Assembly (NCBI GenBank): GCA_018396535.1
Contig: JAGTQC010000002.1
Coordinates: 32,001 to 96,000, forward strand
Source: Candidatus Bathyarchaeota archaeon
Lineage (GTDB): Archaea; Thermoproteota; CALKCG01; B24; DRYS01
Length of the DNA: 64,000 nucleotides
Direction: 5' to 3'
The notes under the pieces are model-generated. The model searched no databases. It was not told the DNA's origin and saw only the letters and a list, made by a program, of their open reading frames with translations. The first letter of the stretch is position 1; each line of letters opens with the position of its first letter. Positions 1 to 10,640 of the stretch are shown here, in pieces. The translations under genes and the position numbers were made by a program.

Positions 1-829
1 GAGTAAGGAAGCTGTGCTTAAAGTATGCTTCGAGACGGGTGATGTGGCTTTATTCGTATTATCGGCTGCTACGGCTGCTATAACATTCTTCTATAGTCTT
101 AGGATGATTAGTATAACTTTCTTATATCCTAAGAGTAAGCATCTCGAAGAATTGGAGGCTGAAGGTTTGCATATACACGAGGTATCACCGATTATGTGGA
201 TACCATACTGTCTTCTAGCATTCTCTACGTTGATACTAGGTGTTCTAGGTCGGTTAGTGGAGGAGTTCTTCCATGAATCGTTATCCCATATCATAGCTGC
301 CGGTCACCTAGAAGCTGTGGTCGAATCTCATGGAGTAGGCTTCGATCCATCTATAGCTTCCCTACTAGCTAGCGTATCTGCTCTAGTAATCGGTGGGCTT
401 CCCGGGTACTGGTTCTACGTAGCTAGGAGGGGTGACCCCTACTCGATCGTGGAGGGTAGCGTTATCCTTAAAGCTGTATGGAGATTCCTCTGGAATAGAT
501 GGTATATAAATAGGTTGTACTATATACTATTCGTGAATATACCTATATCGCTAGCTAAGATTATGAATAGATGGATCGAGGTAGGCTTCTTCAATGGCTT
601 ACAGTATGGTGTATCATTGATCACCCTCCGCCTCGCTATACTCGTAGATAGGTTTATGGAAGTAGGCTTTTTCAATAATCTACAATATGGTGTAGCTGAG
701 TTGATAGCTCGTATATGTAGATCTTCTAGATATCTTCAGACAGGCTCTCTGAATATCAATATGTATCAGGTTTCGATTATTCTTATCATAATCCTACTCA
801 TACTACTCGTATCCATGGGGGTGTTATAG
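1..829 (+). CDS. nuoL: NADH-quinone oxidoreductase-like subunit L, C-terminal part (5' end outside window)
   Basis: TFFYSLRM, HE-S-P-MWIP, WNRWY and LQTG motifs of the NuoL/MrpA C-terminus; abuts nuoM. Confidence 0.85.
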   Translation, partial: SKEAVLKVCFETGDVALFVLSAATAAITFFYSLRMISITFLYPKSKHLEELEAEGLHIHEVSPIMWIPYCLLAFSTLILGVLGRLVEEFFHESLSHIIAAGHLEAVVESHGVGFDPSIASLLASVSALVIGGLPGYWFYVARRGDPYSIVEGSVILKAVWRFLWNRWYINRLYYILFVNIPISLAKIMNRWIEVGFFNGLQYGVSLITLRLAILVDRFMEVGFFNNLQYGVAELIARICRSSRYLQTGSLNINMYQVSIILIIILLILLVSMGVL

Positions 830-2317
830 ATGAGTCTCCCGATATTGATCCAAGCAGTCCTCACACCTATAGTTTTAGCACCTATAGTATACCTAGCTGG
901 TAGGAGGCTATCCCATCATGTGGGTTGGCTAGCCTTCGCTATACTCATCCACTCTACAGCTATGATACTCATGGTAGCTGGTTCAGAGTATCTTGAGGTA
1001 TACTCTTGGGTTCCTAGGATGGGGTGGGATATAGGTTTCAAGCTTGATGGATTAAGCCTACCCTTCGCTTTAAATATAGCAGTATTATCGACTGTTATCG
1101 CTGTCTACTCTATACCCTATATGGAGCATAGGATAGGGGATAGGCCTGGGGAGTATGGGAGCTATTATGCTCTATACCTACTCTACGCAGCCGGTATGCT
1201 AGGTGCGGTTTTAGCTACAGATCTAGTTGAATTCTACATATTCTACGAGCTTATGCTGATACCAAGCTATCTATTGATAGCTAGATGGGGGTATGGTGAG
1301 AGGGAGAGGATAGCTTTCATGTACTTCCTATGGACTCATATAGGTGCACTAGCTCTACTAGCATCTATAGTAGCGGTCTACTGGGTTACAGGAGCTACAT
1401 CGATAGAGGTTGTTAAGACTATACTGCGGAATACTAGGATTCCATTCCAATTGGAGGCGGGTATGGCTACAGCTATGCTTGTAGGATTCCTAGTTAAGAT
1501 GGCTGTGCTAGGCTTACACGTATGGCTTCCACACGCTCACGCTGAGGCTCCTACACCTATAAGCGCGTTGCTATCACCTGCTATGATAGGTATAGGTGGG
1601 TATGGTGTTATCAGGATAGCTTTAAGCTTCTTCCCACGATTCTTTACAGCTTATAGTCTTCCGATAGCTCTATGGGCTTTTCTAACTATGCTATACGGTG
1701 GTCTTATGGCTTTAAGCCAGGATGATATAAAGAGGCTTCTAGCCTATAGTAGTATAAGCCAGATGGGCTACCTACTGTTCGGTATATCCTCCGTGAATAT
1801 GCTAGGTGTATCAGGCTCTATCCTACACTATCTATCCCACGGTCTAGGTAAGGGCATCCTCTTCATGATAGCGGGTATACTGATAATGCAGACAGAGCTT
1901 AGGAGTATAAGCCGTATGGGTGGGTTAGCTTCTAAGATGCCTCTAACAGCTTTATCCACCCTCATAGGCTTTCTAACACTGATAGGTCTACCTACGACTA
2001 GCGGCTTCATATCAGAGTGGATGATCTTCGGAGGGGTTATAAGGAGCAGTCTAGCTTCTGGAAGTATGGATAAGCTGATAGTAGCTATACTCGGGTTGCT
2101 AGCTACGATGCTCACAGCAGGGTATGGGCTTTGGACTGTGAGGAGGGTATTCTTCGGCTCTATACCTAAACATCTAGAGGAGGTTAGGGAGGGTTCTGTA
2201 ATAGCTCTTACACCGATAATAGCTCTCGCAATCCTAACTTTCGTTATAGGCGTCTATCCAGCACCTATACTTGATAGGCTAACCCAGACGGTGATGCTAT
2301 CTCTGAATCTAGGTTGA
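830..2317 (+). CDS. nuoM: NADH-quinone oxidoreductase-like subunit M
   Basis: FYIFYELMLIP, LHVWLPHAHAEAPTPISALL, DIKRLLAYSSISQMG. Confidence 0.9.
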   Translation: MSLPILIQAVLTPIVLAPIVYLAGRRLSHHVGWLAFAILIHSTAMILMVAGSEYLEVYSWVPRMGWDIGFKLDGLSLPFALNIAVLSTVIAVYSIPYMEHRIGDRPGEYGSYYALYLLYAAGMLGAVLATDLVEFYIFYELMLIPSYLLIARWGYGERERIAFMYFLWTHIGALALLASIVAVYWVTGATSIEVVKTILRNTRIPFQLEAGMATAMLVGFLVKMAVLGLHVWLPHAHAEAPTPISALLSPAMIGIGGYGVIRIALSFFPRFFTAYSLPIALWAFLTMLYGGLMALSQDDIKRLLAYSSISQMGYLLFGISSVNMLGVSGSILHYLSHGLGKGILFMIAGILIMQTELRSISRMGGLASKMPLTALSTLIGFLTLIGLPTTSGFISEWMIFGGVIRSSLASGSMDKLIVAILGLLATMLTAGYGLWTVRRVFFGSIPKHLEEVREGSVIALTPIIALAILTFVIGVYPAPILDRLTQTVMLSLNLG

Positions 2318-2509
2318 CTGTGTCTTTCTCCTCCTTCTCCATACACCTAGGGCTCCTGAATCAGAGTATTCGGTTAGGATTTTATGCCTCTCCTCCCATA
2401 GGCAATGCTCTGTATAGTGTTGTTCACAGAAGTAGCGGTTGCAGTAGGGGCATTTCTTCAATTCGCCTCCACTCTTACCGCATATATAGCATACCTCGCT
2501 TCCACTCAT
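2309..2509 (-). CDS. small AN1-type zinc-finger protein
   Basis: CxxC...CPYCNRYFCEQH pattern. Confidence 0.65.
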   Translation of the reverse strand: MSGSEVCYICGKSGGELKKCPYCNRYFCEQHYTEHCLWEERHKILTEYSDSGALGVWRRRRKTQST

Positions 2510-2659
2510 AGTGAAAACCCTATACGCTGATACTATCTAGAATATACTCATATACTTTAGCTTTTATACTCGTATAGGTTTAGGATGGTGAAGCATGTAT
2601 TCGGTAGCTATATTACGTGTATCTACATAGTAAAGTTTAAAGAATATGCAGGATCATAG

Positions 2660-4435
2660 TTGAATCTAGGTATGGAGAGACGTGGAAGGATAGTTAGGAT
2701 CGCCGGACCTGTAGTCGAGGCTGAGGGTGTAGCTGGTGTCAGGATGTATGAGGTTGTTAGGGTTGGGGAGCTCGGGCTTATCGGGGAGGTTATAAGGGTT
2801 GAGGGTGACCGCTGTACGATACAGGTTTATGAGGAGACTACCGGTCTTAGACCTGGGGAGCCTGTAGTAGCTACGGGTGAACCGCTTTCTGTAGAGCTTG
2901 GCCCAGGATTGATAGGTCATATCTTCGACGGTGTTCAGAGACCCCTTACTAGGCTTCAACTTATCGTAGGAGACTTCATAAGTAGAGGGGTATCTATCGA
3001 AGCTCTAGATAGGAGTAGGAGATGGCTCTTTAAGCCTACAGTTAAGGTTGGCGATGTAGTAGGTGAGGGTGATATTATAGGTGTGGTGCAGGAGACGCCT
3101 ATGGTTGAGCATAGGGTGATGGCTCCTATAGGTGTGAGGGGGGTTGTTAGAAGGGTTGAGGAGGGGGAGTTCACAGTCAATGATGTAGTGGTATCTGTGG
3201 AAACTGAGCGTGGAATGGTAGGCTTAACTATGCTACAGAGGTGGCCTGTTAGGAAGCCTAGACCGTATGCTAGGAAGCTCCCGGTTGAGGAGCCTCTTAT
3301 AACCGGGCAGAGGGTTCTCGATACGTTATTCCCGCTAGCTTTAGGCGGTACGGCTGCTATACCTGGAGGCTTCGGTACTGGGAAGACTATAATGCAGCAT
3401 CAGCTAGCTAAATGGGCTAGCGCTGATATAGTGATATACGTTGGATGTGGTGAGAGGGGGAATGAGATGGCTGAGGTTCTAGAGGATTTCCCGAAGCTTA
3501 CAGATCCTAGGACTGGTAGACCGCTTATGGAGAGGACTGTCTTGATAGCTAACGTATCTAATATGCCTATAGCAGCTAGGGAGGCTAGCATATATACTGG
3601 TGTCACTATAGCCGAGTATTTCAGGGATATGGGCTATAACGTAGCTTTGATGGCTGACTCTACTAGTAGATGGGCTGAGGCTTTAAGGGAGATTTCTGGT
3701 AGGCTTGGTGAGATACCTGGGGAGGAGGGTTACCCACCCTACCTAGCTAGCAGGCTTGCAGAATTCTATGAGAGAGCTGGTAAGGTTGAAGCTCTAGGTA
3801 GACCTGTGAGGACTGGTTCTGTATCTATCATAGGAGCGGTATCACCTCCTGGTGGAGATTTCTCAGAACCTGTAACCGTTAATACTCTAAGAATAGTGAG
3901 GGTTTTCTGGGCTTTGGATGAGGAGCTTGCGAGGAGGAGGCATTTCCCAGCTGTTAACTGGCTTAGAAGCTATTCGCTATACCGTGACGAGCTGGAAGCT
4001 TGGTTTAGACGTAAGCTTGATCCTGAGTGGAGTAATATGATACGCGAATGTATGTATATACTTCAGAGGGAGGAGGAGCTTAAGGAGATAGTTCAGCTAG
4101 TAGGCCCTGATGCTCTTTCAGATGAGCAGAGATCTATACTAGAGGTTGCTAGGATGATAAGGGAGGATTTCCTAGCTCAGCATGCATATCATCCGGTAGA
4201 TACGTACTCAGATCTCGAGAAGACTAGGATTATACTCGGTATAATACTAGACTTCTACAGGTTTACTAGCGAATCTGTGAAGAAGGGTGTAGCTCTGCAT
4301 AGGATACTAGATCTACCTATAAGAGGGGAGATAGCTAGACTTAAGATAAGACCCCTCGAGGAGCTTAGGGGTATCGCTGATAGCTTACGTACGGATATGG
4401 AGAGGCAGTTTAGAGAATTGATGAAGGAGGTTTGA
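2660..4435 (+). CDS. atpA: A/V-type ATP synthase subunit A (ATG at 2672 is a plausible start)
   Basis: Walker [28 protein letters not shown]; no intein. Confidence 0.97.
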   Translation: MNLGMERRGRIVRIAGPVVEAEGVAGVRMYEVVRVGELGLIGEVIRVEGDRCTIQVYEETTGLRPGEPVVATGEPLSVELGPGLIGHIFDGVQRPLTRLQLIVGDFISRGVSIEALDRSRRWLFKPTVKVGDVVGEGDIIGVVQETPMVEHRVMAPIGVRGVVRRVEEGEFTVNDVVVSVETERGMVGLTMLQRWPVRKPRPYARKLPVEEPLITGQRVLDTLFPLALGGTAAIPGGFGTGKTIMQHQLAKWASADIVIYVGCGERGNEMAEVLEDFPKLTDPRTGRPLMERTVLIANVSNMPIAAREASIYTGVTIAEYFRDMGYNVALMADSTSRWAEALREISGRLGEIPGEEGYPPYLASRLAEFYERAGKVEALGRPVRTGSVSIIGAVSPPGGDFSEPVTVNTLRIVRVFWALDEELARRRHFPAVNWLRSYSLYRDELEAWFRRKLDPEWSNMIRECMYILQREEELKEIVQLVGPDALSDEQRSILEVARMIREDFLAQHAYHPVDTYSDLEKTRIILGIILDFYRFTSESVKKGVALHRILDLPIRGEIARLKIRPLEELRGIADSLRTDMERQFRELMKEV

Positions 4436-4460
4436 TATATTTGATCGAGGTGGTTTCGAA

Positions 4461-5864
4461 GTGAGTATAGCTCTTAAGAGGTATAGGAGTATATCTAGGA
4501 TTTCAGGTCCGCTACTATTCGTAGAGGCTGTTAGAGGCGTAGCCTATGGTGAACTGGTACGTATAGAAACGCCTAGTGGTGAGGAGAGGCGTGGACAGGT
4601 TCTAGAGGTTACGGATAGGTTTGCTGTGATACAGGTTTTCGAGGGTACTGAAGGGTTAAGCCTAGATAAGACTGCTGTCAAGTTTACGGGTGAGACTATA
4701 AAGCTACCTGTATCCGGTGATCTCCTAGGTAGGATATTCAACGGTAGGGGTGATCCTATAGATGGTGGGCCGCAGATAGTACCTGAGGATTATTGGGATA
4801 TCCACGGTATGCCTATAAACCCATCTTCTAGGGAGCATCCTAGAGAATTCATACAGACAGGTATATCCGCTATCGATGGCTTATATACGCTAGTTAGAGG
4901 GCAGAAGCTACCTATATTCTCGGGTTCAGGCTTACCCCATAATACGCTAGCTGCTCAGATAGCTAGGCAGGCTAAGGTCTTGGGTAAGGAGGAGGAGGCT
5001 GTAGTAGTACTCGCGACTATGGGTATAACCGCTGAGGAGGCAAGGTTCTTCATAGAGGATTTTAGATCGAGAGGTGTGATGGATCATATAGTACTATTCA
5101 TAAACCTAGCTAACGATCCTGCTATAGAGCGTATAATAACGCCTAGACTAGCTCTTACATGCGCTGAGTATCTAGCCTTTCATGAAGGGTATCATGTACT
5201 TACCCTACTCACAGATATGACGAATTATGCTGAAGCTTTGAGAGAGGTAAGCGCTGCTAGGAGGGAGGTTCCAGGTAGGAGGGGTTATCCAGGATACCTG
5301 TATACAGATCTAGCGACGATATACGAGAGGTGTGGACGTATACATGGTGTGAAGGGTAGTCATACAGTATTCCCGATACTAACTATGCCTCACGATGATA
5401 TAACTCATCCTGTACCAGATCTGACAGCGTATATAACTGAGGGGCAGATAATACTTAGTAGAGCTATGCATCGTAAGGGGATATATCCGCCTATAGATAT
5501 ACTACCATCGCTATCTAGGCTTATGAGGACGGGTATAGGAGAGGGTAGGACTAGGTTTGATCATAGAGAAGTCGCCGACTGCTGCTACTACGCCTATGCT
5601 GAAGGTGTATCGCTGAGGGAGCTTATAGCAGTTATAGGTGAAGCTGGGCTTACAGCTAGGGATAGGTTATACCTACAATTCGCAGATGAGTTTGAGAAGA
5701 GGTTTGTAAACCAGGGGGTTTATGAGGAGCGTAGTATAGAAGAGACTCTAGATCTGATGTGGGATGTCCTATCGATACTACCTGAGAGGGAGCTTAAGAG
5801 AGCTGATCCTAAAACGATAGAGTGGGCTAAGCAGCAGGGTAAATACAAGTATAGATCATCTTAG
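4461..5864 (+). CDS. atpB: A/V-type ATP synthase subunit B
   Basis: [36 protein letters not shown]. Confidence 0.97.
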   Translation: MSIALKRYRSISRISGPLLFVEAVRGVAYGELVRIETPSGEERRGQVLEVTDRFAVIQVFEGTEGLSLDKTAVKFTGETIKLPVSGDLLGRIFNGRGDPIDGGPQIVPEDYWDIHGMPINPSSREHPREFIQTGISAIDGLYTLVRGQKLPIFSGSGLPHNTLAAQIARQAKVLGKEEEAVVVLATMGITAEEARFFIEDFRSRGVMDHIVLFINLANDPAIERIITPRLALTCAEYLAFHEGYHVLTLLTDMTNYAEALREVSAARREVPGRRGYPGYLYTDLATIYERCGRIHGVKGSHTVFPILTMPHDDITHPVPDLTAYITEGQIILSRAMHRKGIYPPIDILPSLSRLMRTGIGEGRTRFDHREVADCCYYAYAEGVSLRELIAVIGEAGLTARDRLYLQFADEFEKRFVNQGVYEERSIEETLDLMWDVLSILPERELKRADPKTIEWAKQQGKYKYRSS

Positions 5865-5981
5865 ATGGATTGTATACGTAGAGTATTCCATCTAAACTCG
5901 GATTAACTCTTCCGATTTACGTAAGTTATAGATCTTACTGGTACTATTCTTATAGCAGGACTCTTTTATGAAACATGATGA

Positions 5982-7241
5982 ATGAAGCCGGTAAAGCTAT
6001 ATAAGGTTCGTATAGATATAGAGGATCAAAGCGTAGTAGAGGATCTGCTACATTTCCTAGAGGATTTCGGTAACTTCCATCTATCCATATTCGTCGAAAC
6101 ACCTACATCTACAGATATGAACCCCTATATCATAGGATGGATACCTCAAGCTATGAAGAATAGGTTCGATTACGAGATAAGGAGTCTATATGGCGGCCGA
6201 TTAGATGTAGAGTATAGCCTCTCTGAGCATGATGATAAACCTCCAAGCCTAGTTTATCGTAGTAGATTCCTAGAGCCGTTTGGGAGGATAGTAGATTCAT
6301 TCGGGTATCCATCATATAACGAGATAGATCCTACCATATTCGTAATGTTCTCCTTCGCACTACTATTTGGGTTTATGTTTGGGGATATGGGTCATGGATT
6401 AATCCTCTTCGCATCTGGATTAATCCTCTACCTAGTTAGGGATAGGATCTATGTAAACTCTGATATGATCCGATACGTGCTTAGCGGATCTACCCTATAC
6501 ATAGTATGCGGTTTATCGAGTATACTCTGTGGTATACTATTCGGTGAGTTCCTAGGGTATAGGATTGGTATACTGAGTTTTAAGCTTACGATACCACCCC
6601 CCTTCAACATATCGTTCCCGTTTAAACCTCTAGATAGCCCGATAGCTATGTTCAAGCTATCCATACTTGTAGGTGCTGTACATGTATTATCTGGTATAAC
6701 GTTGAATCTAGCTAATAAGATCCTGAATAGAGAGTATATGGAGGCTCTGATAGAACCTATACCGTGGATATGCATGTATATAGGAGTTATATACAATCTA
6801 TTCTGCTTTAAGCTAGACTTCGCTGCATGGATAGCCAGCCCTACACTATACATACTAGTGATACTACCAGTATGTGTAATGCTACTAGGTAAGCTGTATA
6901 TGGAGAGGCTGGAGGGGTTGATCCAGTTCTTCGAAGCTATGATATCTACTGTGAGTAATACCGTATCCTACCTAAGGATAATGGCTCTATCGTTATCGCA
7001 TAGTATATTAACGCATATAATCTTAGAGCTAGGAGGGGGGAGTTTAGCAGCAGCGTTAATCGGAGCTATTCTCGTAGTTATCTTAGAGGGTCTTATGATA
7101 TTCATACATACGACACGGCTTATATGGGTTGAATGGTTCTCGAAATTCTATAGAGGTGATGGTATACCGTTTAAACCTTTGAAGATATCAGAGGTGAAAG
7201 CTGTACGTATCGAAGCAGCTAGTATCCCTAGGAGGAGCTAG
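5982..7241 (+). CDS. atpI: A/V-type ATP synthase subunit I (a), short paralog lacking most of the soluble domain
   Basis: PSYNEIDPT, FGFMFGDMGHG, SYLRIMAL, RLIWVEWFSKFY. Confidence 0.85.
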   Translation: MKPVKLYKVRIDIEDQSVVEDLLHFLEDFGNFHLSIFVETPTSTDMNPYIIGWIPQAMKNRFDYEIRSLYGGRLDVEYSLSEHDDKPPSLVYRSRFLEPFGRIVDSFGYPSYNEIDPTIFVMFSFALLFGFMFGDMGHGLILFASGLILYLVRDRIYVNSDMIRYVLSGSTLYIVCGLSSILCGILFGEFLGYRIGILSFKLTIPPPFNISFPFKPLDSPIAMFKLSILVGAVHVLSGITLNLANKILNREYMEALIEPIPWICMYIGVIYNLFCFKLDFAAWIASPTLYILVILPVCVMLLGKLYMERLEGLIQFFEAMISTVSNTVSYLRIMALSLSHSILTHIILELGGGSLAAALIGAILVVILEGLMIFIHTTRLIWVEWFSKFYRGDGIPFKPLKISEVKAVRIEAASIPRRS

Positions 7242-7902
7242 ATAATCCTTCGAGAAACTTTATCAGCTGGTATAGATTCTCCACTATGCAATCCGCTGCT
7301 TTAACTATATGCTTCTTAACCACCGTCTCTGTTAGAACTATTATCGTATAGACTCCTGCAGCTTTAGAAGCTTTCAAATCGTTTTCATCTGAACCGATGA
7401 ATACGACTCTATCCCTATCCACACCCATCTCCGATATACATTGGATTATCTGATCTGGGTAGGGTTTAACCCTATTCCTCATACTCCTCCCTACGATCAC
7501 ATCGATGTAATTCTGTAGGTTGAATTTAGAGATAAGCTCTGAAGCTACTCTTCTAGTAGATAGAGTAACTACTCCTACTCTAAGATTCCTCCATCTAACC
7601 CATCTCAACACATCCCATGCATACGATCTAAGCTTGGAATACTGGATAGCGGATAGCTCATACTCTTCGAGTTTAGTAGAGGAGTCCTCCCATAACCCGG
7701 CTGCTCTATGGAATGGTATACCTTCGACTAGCTTATCGAAATTCGAGAGAAACTCATCCCTACTAGCTAGTAGCTTCTCATCTACGGATACACCGTTATA
7801 CTCGAAAATCCTTGTAATATCTATCTTAGCTCTCCTCCAATCTATCGATCTATAGAAGTCTGTGATCGTCCTCTCTAGATCGAATATTACGCTATCGAAC
7901 AT
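7228..7902 (-). CDS. HAD-superfamily hydrolase (phosphoglycolate phosphatase-like), atypical motifs
   Basis: VIFDLERT, KPYPD, FIGSDENDLKASKAAG. Confidence 0.75.
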   Translation of the reverse strand: MFDSVIFDLERTITDFYRSIDWRRAKIDITRIFEYNGVSVDEKLLASRDEFLSNFDKLVEGIPFHRAAGLWEDSSTKLEEYELSAIQYSKLRSYAWDVLRWVRWRNLRVGVVTLSTRRVASELISKFNLQNYIDVIVGRSMRNRVKPYPDQIIQCISEMGVDRDRVVFIGSDENDLKASKAAGVYTIIVLTETVVKKHIVKAADCIVENLYQLIKFLEGLSSSS

Positions 7903-8059
7903 CGATCATACCTAACCTCGTATACCGATATACGAGGATTAAACCTAGTTATCGATCATTTAAATATATCTATGAAGCTAGCGTGCAGCTGGCATACACT
8001 AGGTTCGACATAATGTTTAAACGCTTAGCATACTCTTCTAAGGATATCGGTATCTGGCT

Positions 8060-8476
8060 ATGTCTAGCGAGAGAGCTAGAGAAATGATATCATCGATTAT
8101 AGAAGCTATCGGTATAGAACGATTCCTATCTGAAATGAATGTTTCACGAGAGGATGTGGATGCATGGCTTAAAGGTGAACGCCCCATACCGTTTCATATA
8201 CTTTCGAAAGCGTTGAAGATGAAGGCTGAGCTTTATTATAGAAAGCCTAGGATAGCCAGGGTTGAAGCCTATGCGAGATCTAGGAGTGTAGTCTCTACCG
8301 CTGTATTTAAGAAGATGCTGATCAAAAGTACTATTATCGTACTAGCTATGCTCACCTCTTCTATGATCGGTTATACAGTTGGGAGCTGGTATAGCTCATT
8401 CTACGCTGGTCTAGGTTTATTCCTACCTCTAACCATAGGTTTGGTTTTAATCTTAATCTTAGGGTTGAAGAGCTGA
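8060..8476 (+). CDS. putative XRE-like HTH protein with two C-terminal TM helices
   Basis: VSREDVDAWLKGERPIP resembles an XRE HTH; hydrophobic C-terminus. Confidence 0.5.
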   Translation: MSSERAREMISSIIEAIGIERFLSEMNVSREDVDAWLKGERPIPFHILSKALKMKAELYYRKPRIARVEAYARSRSVVSTAVFKKMLIKSTIIVLAMLTSSMIGYTVGSWYSSFYAGLGLFLPLTIGLVLILILGLKS

Positions 8477-8535
8477 ACTACTACGTTTAATCTATACGCT
8501 AATCTTATAATCGTCTCAAACCTAAACGTAGTAGC

Positions 8536-10176
8536 TTGAAAATAGGTAGCGGATGGGTTAGAGATATGATTAAACCATTAAAGATGAAGAAGATTAGAGC
8601 TATAACCTATCGACCATACTTCCATAGGGTAGCGGCTGTACTAGCGGAGAGCGGGGTGTTCCACCCATTCATCTCTAGCGAAGCGGAGGATTGGCTTAGG
8701 AAGGGGCTTGTAAGAAGGGTGGATGTATCGAAGGATCTATCTAAGATAGATGCTATACTAGGTAGCATAGACAAAGCTGCTATAGAGCTATCTGAGACTA
8801 GCTCTATAGATCTACCGAGTTTCAAATCTTTAGATGAGGCTATGAAGATGTTAGAGGATATAGAGGATGAGGGGTATCTATGTAGGGTTAAAGATCTACT
8901 AGAGGAATGTAGGAAGAGTATAGCTGAGGGATACATAGATACGGCTAGAAGTAGTTTAGGTAAGCTGAGGGATCTAGTTGGAACCTATAGGTTTTCGCTA
9001 GAATTCATGTCTTCGACATTAGAGGTATGTGATTGTATAGTATTCGAGGGGTGGACTCCAGCAGGATACGTTGAGAAGCTATGTGAAGATATAAAGAGGG
9101 CTTCTGAAGGTTATTCTATAGTAGAGGTAGCTGATCCTGGTGAGGAAGATCATCCTCCTACGGTGATAGAAACGCCTAGGACGCTTAAAGTATTCGAACG
9201 CCTAGCTGTAGCATACGGTCTACCTTCATACCATGAATTCAACCCTGCTATATTCTTCTCGATAACCTTTCCGATCATATTCGGGTTGATGTTCGCAGAT
9301 GTTGGGCATGGACTCCTCCTACTAATACTCGGCTTAGCATGTATAAGAGCTAAGAGGATGGGTGGTGAGTATGGGGAGATAATCGGGTATTTCGTAGATA
9401 ACGGTCTATTCTTCGTATCTCTAGGAGTATCATCTATCATAGGTGGACTCCTCTACGGTGATATATTCGGTTTCCACGGTGTAATCCATCCGATAGGGTT
9501 CAGCATAAGGATAGGGAATACATGGATACCTATAGGAGGCTATAACCCGGTAGCTATGCTTGAGCATGGGAATCTCATGCCTATGTTTAAATTCGCTCTA
9601 TTCGTAGGAGCAATCCATATAACACTAGGGCTTCTGATAAACCTAGCTGTTAAACTGGTTAATAGAGAGTATCTAGAAGCTTTAACAGAGCCTATCCCAT
9701 GGCTCTGGCTGTATGTAGGGTTAATCTATATGGTATTCACACTGAAATACGATATATTCAATATAGTAAACCTATTCTCCCAGCATCTAACTATGGTGAT
9801 AGTAGCATTGGTAATACCATTAGCATTGATGATCCTAGGTAAGGGGTTGCTAGAAGGCTTTATGGAAGCCGCATCCTTCACATTCGAAGCTGTTATATCT
9901 ACTATAGGTAATACGGTATCATATGGACGTGTGATGGCTCTCCTCCTATCCCACGGTATGATGAGTAGTATGTTCATCCAGCTATCCCACGGTATGTCTC
10001 TACCAGTTCAGATAGCTGTGATAGCTCTAGGTACATTCCTAGTAATGTTCATAGAGGGGTTGATAGTATTCGTGCATACTGTACGTCTACACTGGGTTGA
10101 ATGGTTCAGCAAATTTTATAAAGGGGAAGGTATAGAGTTCAAACCGCTGAGGATCGGTAAAGGTGGTTACGTATGA
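8536..10176 (+). CDS. atpI: A/V-type ATP synthase subunit I (a), longer paralog (ATG at 8566 plausible)
   Basis: FEGWTP, FGLMFADVGHG, SYGRVMAL, HTVRLHWVEWFSKFY; overlaps atpK. Confidence 0.92.
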   Translation: MKIGSGWVRDMIKPLKMKKIRAITYRPYFHRVAAVLAESGVFHPFISSEAEDWLRKGLVRRVDVSKDLSKIDAILGSIDKAAIELSETSSIDLPSFKSLDEAMKMLEDIEDEGYLCRVKDLLEECRKSIAEGYIDTARSSLGKLRDLVGTYRFSLEFMSSTLEVCDCIVFEGWTPAGYVEKLCEDIKRASEGYSIVEVADPGEEDHPPTVIETPRTLKVFERLAVAYGLPSYHEFNPAIFFSITFPIIFGLMFADVGHGLLLLILGLACIRAKRMGGEYGEIIGYFVDNGLFFVSLGVSSIIGGLLYGDIFGFHGVIHPIGFSIRIGNTWIPIGGYNPVAMLEHGNLMPMFKFALFVGAIHITLGLLINLAVKLVNREYLEALTEPIPWLWLYVGLIYMVFTLKYDIFNIVNLFSQHLTMVIVALVIPLALMILGKGLLEGFMEAASFTFEAVISTIGNTVSYGRVMALLLSHGMMSSMFIQLSHGMSLPVQIAVIALGTFLVMFIEGLIVFVHTVRLHWVEWFSKFYKGEGIEFKPLRIGKGGYV

Positions 10177-10640
10177 TAGAGGATCTACTACCTGTATTAT
10201 CTGTGCTGATAGCTTCTGGAGCTCCATCGATCGGAGCGATCTATGCTATAACTACGGTAGGAACCACTATGGCTGGAGCGGGGACGGAGAAGCCGGAGAT
10301 ACTAACGAAGGCATTGATAGCTGTGGTATTAGCAGAAGCTATAGCTATATATGGGCTACTCACATCCTTCATGCTAGTAACGAAGATCCCTACTATAACA
10401 ACCCTAGCGGATAGCTATAAAGCATTAATAGCTAGCCTTATCATGGGTATAAGCGGCCTATCAGCTGCGATAGGTATAGCTCGTTCAGGATCAGCTATGG
10501 CTGGAGCTATGCTTGAAAGACCTGAAACATTCTCTAAAAACGTAGTTGGAGTAGTATTAGCAGAAGCTATAGCTATATACGGGCTACTCGTAGCATTCAT
10601 GCTGATAGCTCAGATAGGCGTAGCACCTATACCTCATTAA
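10173..10640 (+). CDS. atpK: A/V-type ATP synthase subunit K (c), double hairpin
   Basis: two copies of PE...VLAEAIAIYGLL. Confidence 0.93.
   Translation: MIEDLLPVLSVLIASGAPSIGAIYAITTVGTTMAGAGTEKPEILTKALIAVVLAEAIAIYGLLTSFMLVTKIPTITTLADSYKALIASLIMGISGLSAAIGIARSGSAMAGAMLERPETFSKNVVGVVLAEAIAIYGLLVAFMLIAQIGVAPIPH
10326..10589 (+). repeat. 36-nt near-identical direct repeat inside atpK (10326-10361 and 10554-10589)
   Basis: gtattagcagaagctatagctatata(t/c)gggctactc, 35/36 identical, 228 nt apart. Confidence 0.9.
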
